A stretch of 64,000 bases of DNA, taken from assembly GCA_973895155.1 (NCBI GenBank), contig OZ316891.1:3671801-3735800 (forward strand), written 5' to 3'. Made by a program: the position numbers and the translations under genes. Below, in pieces: positions 1 through 11,133 of this stretch (position 1 is its first letter; each line of letters opens with the position of its first letter). The DNA comes from Marsupella aquatica. Taxonomy: Eukaryota; Plantae; Marchantiophyta. The notes below the pieces were generated by a model, which did no database searches, had not been told where the DNA came from, and worked only from the letters and a program-made list of their open reading frames with translations.

Positions 1-22
1 GCAATCTGCAAACCAATTCCTC

Positions 23-2131
23 CTATCCTCTCTTCACAAAACCTAGCGGTTGTCTCATGAAGATCACCTCTTCCAATGTGCCATAGAGGAAAGCTGTGAC
101 AACATCCATCTGATCTAGGAGCAGACCAAACATTACAACAAGTACACACAATAGTCGTATTGTAGAGTACTTAGCAACTGGTGAGAAGACCTCATTGTAA
201 TCCACACCTTTCTCTTGTGTGAATCCCTTTGCTACCAATCTAGCCTTGTAGACCTTCGATCCACCTCCTATGGAATTATCCTTCAGCTTGTAAATCCACT
301 TGCTGTCCACCACTTGCTGACCCTTAGGCAGCTTAACAAGCTCCCAAGTTTTGTTGTCCTTTAGTGACTGCATCTCCGTTTGCATTCCTGTAGTCCACTT
401 CTGCTTCTCTTTTGAAGCACTTGCCTCATGAAATGAAGAAGGTTCTCCTTCTTCCAAAATTAACGCATCACCCTCATCATCAGCTGTAAAATCATCCTCT
501 TGCAGTTGAGATGAATCAACCCACTGTCCATACCTTGATGGAGCGCGTACAGTGCGACCAGATGTTCTTCTAGCCGATGACTCCGGTTGATCTGCGTGTG
601 CTGGTACAATTTGAAGCTCAACAGCATCCACTTGTTGCTCACCAGCATCAACAAACTCCTCTGGTTCCTCTGGCACAGGAACCAGCTCCATAATTGGAGC
701 AACTCCTTCTCTCCGGTCATGCACCTCATAACCAATCTCCCCCTCAACGAGATCCGGGATAGGAGATTTTCCTTTGTCAGTACGGGAGATCTGAGTATTC
801 TCCCCCTCCTTCAATAATCTGGATTCATTGAAGGAAACATCCCTACTGACAACGAGCTTACAGGCAATAGGATCCCATAGCCTATAGGCTTTCACACCAC
901 TCTGGTACCCAAGAAAAACACATTTCCTGGAGGTAGGATCCAACTTGGTCCTATTCTGCTTTGGTGTGAGAGCATATGCATCACTTCCAAAAATTACCAA
1001 GCCATGATAGTCTGCTTGCCGCTTATAGCGCATCTCAAACGGCGTTTTGAAATTGATAGCACTAGAAGGAGAAAGATTTACCAAATAAGCTGCGGTATTG
1101 ACAGCTTCTGCCCAAAATTCTTGTGGTAAACCTGATTGGCTCAACATACTCCGTGACCGCTCCAACAGTGTCCGATTGAGCCTCTCAGCGACACCATTCT
1201 GCTGCGGAGTATAAACTATGGTGAGATGGCGAGTTATCCCCTGTTCTGAACAGTACTCTTCAAATTCCATTGAAGTGTACTCCCCGCCGTTGTCTGACCT
1301 CAAACTCTTCACCCTTGTATCCAAACACTTGATCGTGTTTCCAGTCTGATTCTCCACCTGGGCCTTCCATTTCTTAAAAATGGACAAGACATCAGACTTA
1401 TGCGTCATGAAATAAATCCACACAAATCTTGAGTAATCATCAATAAATGATACATAGTACAACTTTCCAGAGTGTGAGGGAGTCGGGGATGGACCCCACA
1501 CGTCACTATGTATGTACTCAAGAACCGCTTTGGAACGATGAGTTCCAACACCAAAAGCACGACGATGCTGCTTTCCAAGAATGCAATGCTCACAAAACTC
1601 TAATTTACAAGATTGCAAATCAGAAATGAGTCCATTCTTCCGTAAGATAGCCAAACCCTTCTCACTCATGTGGCCTAGCCGTGAATGCCACAGTTGAGTC
1701 ATCTCCTCGTGAGACTTGGTTACATTGGCCTCTCCACATACAGTATTGCCCTGTAACACATACAAATTCTTTTGTCTACTCCCCTTCAAAATCACTGTCT
1801 CTCCCGACCTGACTTGAAGTTCACCATCAATAACGCTCCATTGATGACCATTTGAATCCAACACACCGAGTGAAATCAGATTCTTACGCATGCCAGGTAC
1901 ATACCTGACTCCGGACACTGTGCGCACAGCGCCATCAAACATTTGAATCTTCACAAACCCAATTCCCTCAATTTGACAGGAGTGATCATTTCCCATCAGA
2001 ACTGAACCGTTTGAAATAGAGTAAGAACTGAAAAACTCACGAATGTAACAAATATGAAAAGAGCAAGCACAATCAAGAATCCACACATCATCTGCTCTCC
2101 TAGATGACGTGCACAGGGCATACCCCCGGCT
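23..2131 (-). pseudogene. copia pol (PR-IN-RT), with premature TAG inside RT
   Basis: Motifs WILDCACSFH, LWHSRLGH..CEHC, LRSDNGGEY, PQQNGVAER, YKARLVAKGF, QMDVVTAFL. TAG at 23-25 is followed in frame by EELVCRL, so RT homology continues past the stop. Confidence 0.9.
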
Positions 2132-3166
2132 TCATAAAACATACTCATCATTGAGTAAATCAGCTTCTCCATCAGCCCTAGCCACATTTGCCGATGAAGT
2201 TTCCGCTGCCTTTCCCTTACAGTCTCGCTTGAAGTGTCCAACTTGGTTGCACTTCCAACATGTCACCTGCCTCCTCTGAGGGGATTTACCCTTGGACTTA
2301 GATCTGGATTTAGATCTAAACTGGGTTCTACGGTCCCCAGTTGGTCGCTGCATACTCCTCCCACGGTTAACATTGAGGGCAGCACCAGATGATGAAGGCT
2401 GTGACGTGATGTGCATCTTCTGCTGAAGATCATCACTAAGCAAAGAACTTACCACGTCATTGTATGAAATGGTATCCCTATCACGATGCAACAACACTCG
2501 TGATAGGGACTGGTAAGATGGAGGCAATGAACTAAGAAGCTGCAGAGCCTTCGTCTCATCATTCAAAGTCTCCCCAAGGTTTTCCAAGTCAACGACCATG
2601 TCGTTGAAAGCATCCACATGGTCTTGCAACTTCGTACCAGATTCCTTCATCCTGAAACTCATCAGTTTGTAGGAAGTGTAGAGCCGGTTCGACAACTCCT
2701 TGCGGTGATACTTGCTCTGCAATTCCGCAAATAAGGACATGCAATCCTTATGTGCACCCAACTGCTTGATGATGGGAGGCATGAGATAGAGTGTAACACA
2801 CCACACTCCCTGCTCCTGCATGCGGTCCCATTGTTTCTCATCAACATCGTCTTCACGAGGGCTCAGCAGTTGGCCCATCCCTGACGCATAAAGCACTCCC
2901 TTCACCTGCTTCTCCCATAGCAAGTAGTCAGAGCGCCCATCATACTTTGTCACTTCATACTTGGGTCCCCCAAGCTTGAAAGTCCCCATCTTCTTCTTTA
3001 CCGTGAGCTCCGGTAGTAGTACTGCTTCCTCCACCACACGCCGCACCGGTGATGGTATCGGTGTCACGTGCTCTTCCTCCTGCTCCTCTCTCTGCCCCTG
3101 AAACCTCCGCGGTGACCCTCGTGCTTCAAGTTCCACGTCTTCGAAAAACTCCTCCGAATCACTCAT
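2132..3166 (-). CDS. copia Gag (344 aa) with acidic N-terminal extension and CCHC zinc knuckle
   Basis: KYDGRSDYLLWEKQVKGVL, LLSSLPPSY, CWKCNQVGHFKRDC; ends at TGA 2132-2134. Confidence 0.9.
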   Translation of the reverse strand: MSDSEEFFEDVELEARGSPRRFQGQREEQEEEHVTPIPSPVRRVVEEAVLLPELTVKKKMGTFKLGGPKYEVTKYDGRSDYLLWEKQVKGVLYASGMGQLLSPREDDVDEKQWDRMQEQGVWCVTLYLMPPIIKQLGAHKDCMSLFAELQSKYHRKELSNRLYTSYKLMSFRMKESGTKLQDHVDAFNDMVVDLENLGETLNDETKALQLLSSLPPSYQSLSRVLLHRDRDTISYNDVVSSLLSDDLQQKMHITSQPSSSGAALNVNRGRSMQRPTGDRRTQFRSKSRSKSKGKSPQRRQVTCWKCNQVGHFKRDCKGKAAETSSANVARADGEADLLNDEYVL

Positions 3167-4306
3167 ATGAGAAAGTCACAAAAAATGTTGTTTTTCACAA
3201 CTTCTCAAAAAACTCGAAACTCAACACCGCCGCGTAGCCCACAAAGCTAGGAGTCCAATACTGAAAACCGAAATCAAAATCGAAATTTGACGGAAAAGTT
3301 ATTCAAATTTCGGTCGAGGTGGGTAAAACCTTGGGAAACTCCCCCGTTTTGACCACCTCAGGGAATAACCGAAATACCAAGTACAACCCGTTGTCGGAAT
3401 TGCGATGTGATTGGTGCGCTGCATTGCCAACTTCAATGGCTACGACCTCGCCGAAAAATAACCAAAAAAGTTACCGTTCGGCGGATGAAATCTTTGTCGG
3501 ACGGTCAAAAAATAGCTCTCTGGTTTTTTGGAATATTCTATGACCCTTGTACAGGCCCTGTGGGAATTTTGGAAGAACAATCGAGGGGCTGACATGTGTC
3601 CTCGAACCCCCAAAACCCCCTACCACCCTTCGTCGTCGAAATCTGGTCGCGCGCGCAGAAAATACACACGGCAGAATGTACCCCTCGACACCAAACGCAA
3701 GATATCTCACTCGGGTTTTGACGAAATCAAGATCCGATTTCAGATTTGGAAACTAGACTCCGAGGCGATGAAGATCGATATAAGAAGCACCCAAAACGAG
3801 GAAAGAACGAGGGAGAAAAAAATTGGTAAAGATGACAGATTTCTCTCAATTGCCATAGCCAATTTCGAATCAGTTTTTCAAAGAGAAAAAAATGGTACCT
3901 TGTCAACAACGAATGTTGATCAATTGCACTTGGTGCCGTCACCAAGTCCAACAAGGTAATTGATTTTGCTTAGCCTTCCTCTTTGCATCAAAGAGCCAAT
4001 CCCGGACTCAAAAACAATCGTCTTGCCTCAATCTCTCCGTTGAGTCAAAACACTTGACGCTTCTCCCTCCGAGTCGATTGCCAACTTTCTTCACAAAATC
4101 CAGAACAACAAAAACTTAGATCTCTCTGCACCACGAGCTCCGTTCAACGATTTCTTCACACCGTTAGAAAGCTCTTGCCCTGATCTATCCGTTGAGCCCA
4201 TAAACTCCAAGTTCCATGCGATGGAACTCTGGATAATCCACCAACACTCAACGCTGGAAAAACCGTCATGAAATCCCGTCACGAACACACGTCACCTCCC
4301 AAGCAT

Positions 4307-4318
4307 GCTCTGATACCA
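4307..4318 (-). promoter_or_regulatory. Primer binding site (tRNA-iMet)
   Basis: Minus strand TGGTATCAGAGC, 2 nt inside the LTR end. Confidence 0.95.
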
Positions 4319-4320
4319 AT

Positions 4321-4741
4321 TGTTGAGCATAGACGACGATCGCAACGGCAAGCCCATGAACCATCCAACGCACAATAGTCGACACAAGAGATACGTGGTT
4401 CACCTCCTTGAGGCTACGTCCACGGGAACACACAAGAGAGCTTTACTGAACTCTAAGCCCGTCGGCTATACCGAGTCTCCACAGTGTAAGCTCTCCCTAT
4501 CTCTCAAGTGGCTCCATAACAATGAGCCTTGGTTCTACCTCTCCAAGCACACATGCCTCTTATGATATAGTGTGCAACTTAGTTGTACCTAACCACATAG
4601 TTGTACCTAATCACGTAGTTGTACCTAACCACATAGTTGTACCTAATCACGTAGTTGTACCTAACCACGTAGTTGTACCAACCCACGTTGTTGTACCAAC
4701 CACGTCATACCTAACCTAGACGTAAGAGTAAATACCCAACA
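4321..4741 (-). repeat. 5' LTR (421 bp)
   Basis: Minus strand starts TGTTGGGT and ends CTCAACA, adjacent to PBS; outer flank AACAG is the predicted 5-bp TSD. Confidence 0.85.
4580..4716. repeat. 18-bp tandem array (~7 copies) in LTR U3
   Basis: TAGTTGTACCTAACCACA alternating with TAGTTGTACCTAATCACG; shows as VVPNH repeats in the ORF track. Confidence 0.95.
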
Positions 4742-5035
4742 AACAGTTGGCTTACCCTGAAATTATATTACTTGGAGATAGGGTTCAGTGGTTGATAAAA
4801 CACCCCTCGTCTTGCCACCCTTAGCAACCCATGAAACTCTGGAGGATAAATTATGATCACACATGGCCCTGCTCATAAAGGCATCATGTTTTCAAGGTGA
4901 ACAGCCACTAGTCGAAGAACAATGTAGGTAAGGGAAGTCCGCAAAACAGGTCCCTAACTTTGGGAAAGGATTGGCTATGAGGGCTAGGCCCAGGGGTATG
5001 CGGGTTGACCCAGTAGGTGCAGTCTGCCCAAGTGG
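4742..5035 (+). pseudogene. Degenerate LSU (25/26S) rRNA fragment
   Basis: caaggtgaacagcc..ctagtcga..aacaatgtaggtaagggaagtc..gcaaaa..taactt..gggaaaggattggct..gagggct matches the conserved LSU core, with many substitutions. Confidence 0.88.
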
Positions 5036-7948
5036 AGGGCGGTAAGATTGGTTTGGGGGGTTTGCATTTTCCCTCTTCTTTTGAGTTTCTTGTTTTCCTC
5101 TTTGGACCTTTTTTGCTTTCCCGTCCTTGTACTTTTTCTTGCCCTTTTTTGTACATGATAACCACTTTTCCTCTCTTTTCCAATACCCATTGTATTGTTT
5201 GCCAGTTTTTTCTGGAACTTGGTCATCTTTGGGCAAAACTTTTTTGGGGGCGATTTTATGAGGGCCACTATAACAACTACCAAGAAGCTCAAACTCATGG
5301 AGACAAAGTCTTAAGCGTGCTACAGTATGTTTGTATGGGATAAGCCCCCTCGTGCTAATTTCAAACAGCAGGTTGAACGAATGATGAGGGGGAATAAAAA
5401 AGCATTGAAGTAGAATAAAATCTTAACAAGGTTTTGGTGATCTCGGTATTATAAGGGTCAGAAAGTACAATTGGGAGTACAATTGTAAGTGGCCCATCAT
5501 GTTCCCACCTTTATTTTGTTTGCCGTTTTTTATTGCTTCACTTTCCTTTGTGATCACTTTATGTCTCTCTTTCTAGACTTTCGGTGACATTTGTTCTTTA
5601 TTTCACGTGTACAGTCTCTCATCAATGTTTTCTTATTGTCTTTTTCCCCTTTTTCATGGGTCTGGTGCTCCTGATGGTTGGTGTCTTCCTTTTAAAAAAC
5701 TTTTAAAGGTTGTTGTCTTGTTTGCTATCTTCTAGTGTTCATCCCTAATTGTCGCATGACACATTGGCCAGCAAAGAAGAGGAAGAATATTGACCTGGCA
5801 AGTAATTTGAGTTCATTCATCTTTCCAGCAGAATAGAACATCAAAGTTCCAGCATTTTAGGGATCACAGCCACTCCAAGGATCAGGGTGGCTTTGCAAGA
5901 AGTTGGTGATTATTTTTCACCAACTAGAGCAAACTGGTGGGCCACTTTTTGTTCTAAACATAGACTTTGGACCCAAAATGCAACTTCTCCCACCAAAATA
6001 TACTCGAGAGCCACTTCTTGAGTTCTTGTTCTAAGGGTAGAGGCCAGGCCAAAATTTGCAATAGTAGTAGCAACATGGGTGGCAATGACAAAAGAGGAGA
6101 AATATGTAGCAGGTAACTTTTTCCCTCTTTCCTAATGAGATATTTGAGAGACTCCATCATTATTATCAAAGGCCCCAGCAATGAAGCTTACATGTAAAGA
6201 CCTGTCTTCCAGCCTTACATATGGCCGCTTACTTTTCTCTGGGCTATGCAATCATAGCCGCCAGATAAGGCACAACACAGGGTGAAAAGAAAATCGTAAA
6301 CCAACAACAATACCCTCCTCAGGTTTTTAATATTGATTGCTTTCTTGGTCAACTTCAAGAAGGTAGATAGGCAGCAATTAGCCAAGGAAAGTAGATATCG
6401 GTTCTGACCCAAAACCGCAAACGGGCACCTTGACTGTTGTAAGTCCTTATCCTTATATAAATTCGCTATTATTTGTAAAGGCGTGAAAGCACAGAGAACT
6501 TGCTGTTCTCTAGAGATAAAATCAATCCAATTGGCACAGGTCGCCACCCACCTCCACTACTCAACATTGGGCACTACATTGTTTTGCAAATGTCAAAGTT
6601 ATATGTTAGATGTTGTTTATTATTGTCCACCTCATCAGAAGAAGTCTCACAACTAGAGTACAACAGATGCATTGTGATTGATGCTTCAAGTGAACAATGT
6701 GAATCTTGGGTTCCTGTGGTGACTTTCATCATTTTGGACAGGGGTTCACAACCACTCATGTGAGGGTTTTGAAGTGCTCTTGAGCAGAGGTTTTCGTATA
6801 GACATTTGCAGGCTATGTACAAAATAGCACTTGGGAGGAGGAAAGCTTTGTACCGAGAGTGATGTGAGAAATCCTAGAGCGCTGGTCACATATACTCAAC
6901 AGGCAGCAAATCTCTACATCCAAGCAGGAGAACGTAGAGTTGTCTGGCAAAAAACTCTCCAAATTGGCTATCTCTAGAAAATAGGGAAGCAGTTGACCCA
7001 ACCAACCTGCTAAAAACATTTGTAGGCATTTTACCATTAGTGGGACCAGGAGGGTGAAATAGGCCGAAAATCCTGGCTTGGAAGAACGTCTATCCCAGTA
7101 GTTGCACGCTGTGCAGGAAGCAGAGATTGTAGTTTTGGATGCACACAATGAGCAGGAAGCTCCATTTGCAGATGCTACTAAACTAATCCCACAATGGCTG
7201 CAAATTCATCAATGGATAACTTGAGGACTTCAAACGAAAGGCGTGATCTGGTATCTGGTGACAACAGCGGATTCGAGCTCGATCAAGGGAGATCATGGAA
7301 CACAACCAGTAAGAAATTTGAGTGAATTATCCTGTTCGTATCCATCAATCTCCATTACTTTCCCTCGTTAGGAGATGCAAAAATAATTTTTGAGAACCTG
7401 TGAAGTATTAAGAATTCTTTAATTCCAGAAACCAAAGCACACACAGTAGATCAGACAAGAAGCTGGGATGGACCGCCAAAATTCTCAAGGAAAAGGCAAC
7501 CGATCTGGGATCGAAGTTACGTGCGTTGACCAACCAAAGGGAACCGCCAATTTAGAGATCTATGCAAAACGCTCAAATCTTTGAAAGAAAACAGATACGA
7601 ATCATTACATTCATCCACGGACAGATTCTGGTTGCTCCAGAATTGTGTTATGTCAATACCATTAAGCCTAGAATTATAGAGCAAGGTGTTCTAGCTATAT
7701 CTAGTACTTATCTAGTAAGACGACTTCCTAGGCCCTTCAAACGCGAAGAGACTTCATATCTAGAGCACCATCAAAAACATTACATTTGGTCTCCCGTATG
7801 ACGCCCAAAATCCGAAATCCTGTACATAAACCATACAACTACTACATCCAGTCCTACCTCGTAAAAAATAAAAAAATTCCTGTTTCTGGAAGAACAGGAA
7901 TTTTGTAGCTGCAGCGCTGTTGAACATCTGCAAACATTGAGGAGGTTT

Positions 7949-10737
7949 CTATCTTCGAGCATAAGGAGGAATACCAATAAGAGGTTGTAAGGCAGATAAT
8001 TGTTCCCTCAGGAATTGGTAGACAGTTTTGGTTTCTCTAGCGGCCACTCTGACAACCAAGCCCTCCTCCTGCAGAAAACATACTTAGAATTAGACAACTG
8101 GGCAGAGTGTCAATTTTAGAGGTAACCATGTGAACGTCAATGAGGCATGAAATGAAACCAGAGAGGTTCTTGACACATTATACACAAGAAAGAGACCACA
8201 TATGGGATGTTGAAAGTAGAGTCTACTCGCTCCCTTCAGCGATAGTAAGGTAGTCTAGCCGGCCAGTTTAAAATACACAAATTCAAAGGGCATTTACTTA
8301 CCGATGAACCCAGAGTACTACAGGAAGCAAAAAGCTCATGTGTTGAAGGAGTTTGTTTCGGCCAATTCCCTTGAATTGCAGAAGCTCCGCCTGAGGAAAA
8401 TGATTTCTGATTCTTCATGGCCCTGGCTGTCAAATTCTGTACATTTGCCTGGATAGCCTTCTGGATCATTGCTAGTTTGGGTCTGAAAATGGCAGCAGAT
8501 GCAAGTTAGAGCCATCTCCAAACCAGTGGGTGTTTCTTCGAAACACAATGGCACTAGATTCAAAAGCTATTTACAGATTGTGACTAAAATATTACTTTAA
8601 ATGTGCAACATTTTGCTTGGCTCTCACATGCTGGACAAGACAGTTCGTGAAAGAATCCTTCACCACAGATGATAAGGAAGACACTGAGAACGATATAAAA
8701 CCTAAATGACTTGAGGTGCGAACAACACTTGTGACGTCCGACAGATTTTAATATTGACAGCCCTGCATTATTGTTATGACCAATTTCGGGAATATTCCTT
8801 GTATTCAGCGATGTGTACAAAATTTGCGAGTTAATGCAGGAAATACGCTACTATTTCGAAAAGTAGAGGCATTCCCACCCATATATTACAACCAGGCCAA
8901 GAACTTGGAAGTCATCCATGCGGTCAGCAATCGAGAGACCCGTGCCTTGCTCGAGACATACCTACAAGCACAATCCAGGTCGTTGGTTTGAAAAGTCAGG
9001 TTCTAACAAAGAACATAGATTTTCCATCATGTTTTCCCTTGCGCAAAACAATGGTCATATCCAGAGAGACATACTGAGTCCAGAAGTAATGGCGTGTCTC
9101 CTTCAATATATATGTGATTGATACTTTTGAACATTTCAAAGTTCCAGGTTTCTCCACGAGCCACTCGTCCGCTAGTCAGCCAATCTACCAGAACTAAATT
9201 GGCATTCGTTGCGAGATCAAAAGCCTGTACTTGAGAATATCTTGCATCGGCAAAACAAACGAGGGAATCTGGTAGCACGGCCAGTAGGGCCCCACTTCCA
9301 ACTGACACCTGAGGACGAAACAGCACAAATCCAAAAATTTTAGGAATATTTTACAAAACTGCCTTTGACTATGGAGGACAATATATTGTAGAAAGGGCAC
9401 GAAAACATCAGGTCCAAATTTATGATGATCGTAGAAAGCAAAATGGCCTTACATTAGGAAGAAATAGCTCAGAGGAAAATTTGTGACAAAGGCAGGAACA
9501 CACCATTGCCCAACTTATCATGATTGTTTACAAAATCCTCCTAAATTTAGGACTGGCAATGCCTCGGATGAAAGATCATAAGGAATACCTTGAGCGTCTG
9601 ATGGGAAGTTTGCCCTTTCATCGACTTGAAAACCTATCAAAAGACGGAAAGCGCCTCTCAGATCCATATTCTTCTCAATGCCTCGTGAACAAATCATGAA
9701 AAGTTTCAACCTATCCTGAAACAAGGAGCTAACTCAACCAAGTAGATTCGCTATAATCACAGCTCACAAATCACTCACATTTGTGCAGCCTTGAGTTGTA
9801 AGTACTACAGTTGTGTCCTCGCCAACCTTCAACTCACAGAAGATAGCATCCCCCTGTTCAGCTCACCATATTAGATGAGTACGCAATAAATTCTCAGCAG
9901 CCCGTTTTGAGATTTGGATTCTCTAGAGAAGACAGTTATACTTTCTACAAAATTTGAAAAATTGAAAAATTATTCGACATATGCAGCACCCTGATGCCAT
10001 TCACTCTTAGGAAGAGAACATCCTGTTCAGACTATGCTGAAGAGCTCACCGAGACAATTCCTCCCCCAAAGTTCAGCGCATACACAAGAACACAATCCAC
10101 ATCTGCCTGGGTTGCCTGCCACACATTGAAGAAAATGCAATTATTACATCAACATAAAACAGCCATAAACTAAATTTAAAGGGGCAAGTCTTTTGCACTT
10201 CCATCTAATCGCACTGATGCATGAAACTATTACATGTTTACAGGTAAGAGTGTTGTTTCAACAGTAATTCCAACAGTGTATGTAGTATTGATCCTAATTC
10301 ATCCAGGCCGATGCCATGCCATGCCAATGATCAAAGTCTTCAACTATGGATTCTAGTTGAGACAAGTCGTCAAACGAAGAATATACCACAAGCCATCTGT
10401 AAATCAATCAATGCAGCGAACTCTACAGCTTTTGGTTTTTTTTAGGAATAAAACTGTGATAAAACCCCAGACGATGAACACAATTTTACTCTGGAATCGC
10501 TTCCGCTTTCACTTGAATTGCAATGAATTGATGTACGCAGAGAGCAATCACCTTCTTGGGAAGCATGAACTGGAGAGGGTAATCAGCATAAACTTGTGTT
10601 GCTACTGACTTTCCAAGCACACGCTCCACCTTTACAGATCCTGTGGGCTTTGCATATGTGAAGTGCTCTCTGAGTAAAAGGTCCGTAAAAGAGAGACTTT
10701 TCGATCCCAGCTCAGTGCCCACTTCCGGTTCAAACAT
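7949..10737 (-). CDS. ureD: Urease accessory protein D, 8 exons (10552-10737, 10050-10115, 9779-9853, 9589-9633, 9075-9308, 8879-8961, 8302-8482, 7949-8068)
   Basis: Spliced product has TGSVKVERVLGKS..YPLQF, YALNFGGGIVSGD, LLAVLPD, LVDWLTSGR..GETWNF, ASCS, GLVVRVAA..VYQFLREQL..PYA, collinear with plant UreD; all introns GT-AG and phase-compatible. Confidence 0.93.
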
Positions 10738-11133
10738 TTCTGACTCAACCAAACTGCTTGTCGGAGTCAATATAATGGTAACTAAGAGATTCGGGTTGCG
10801 GTAAAATCAAGTGTATTCAACAGTGAATACAGTTGAATAGATAAAGTTGGATTCTCCTAGAGAATAAAACTCTGCTCCCTTATCCCCTAACTCTTTTGAT
10901 AGTGTTAAGGAGACTAATCTAGTCAGCTGAATCTACGGTGCTACTTGTTCTAAGTGGTTATCTTTAAATCTATAAAATTGAATCACAGAGGAAGCCAAGG
11001 TCTTAGCAGGTTGATAGTAGAGTGTGACCACAGAAAATTTCAGCAGGTATCCAGTGTACGCAACTAATCTATTCTAGATATCCAATAGCAATCGCACTTG
11101 CTTCTTCAGTATTGGATCTGAACAATACGCTAA

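Larger units (their letters stand above)
1..4741 (-). mobile_element. Ty1/copia LTR retrotransposon (Tnt1/Tork-like), 3' part outside window
   Basis: 5' LTR 4321-4741 with TGTTG...CAACA ends, tRNA-iMet PBS, gag with CCHC knuckle, then PR, integrase and RT in copia order. Confidence 0.96.

Noticed and set aside
4522-4719. ORF with VVPNH repeats; CRISPR-like appearance
   Set aside because: Translation of the LTR 18-bp array; no spacers, eukaryotic context
4892-5343. Lys-rich ORFs
   Set aside because: Antisense of the rDNA fragment plus T-rich low complexity
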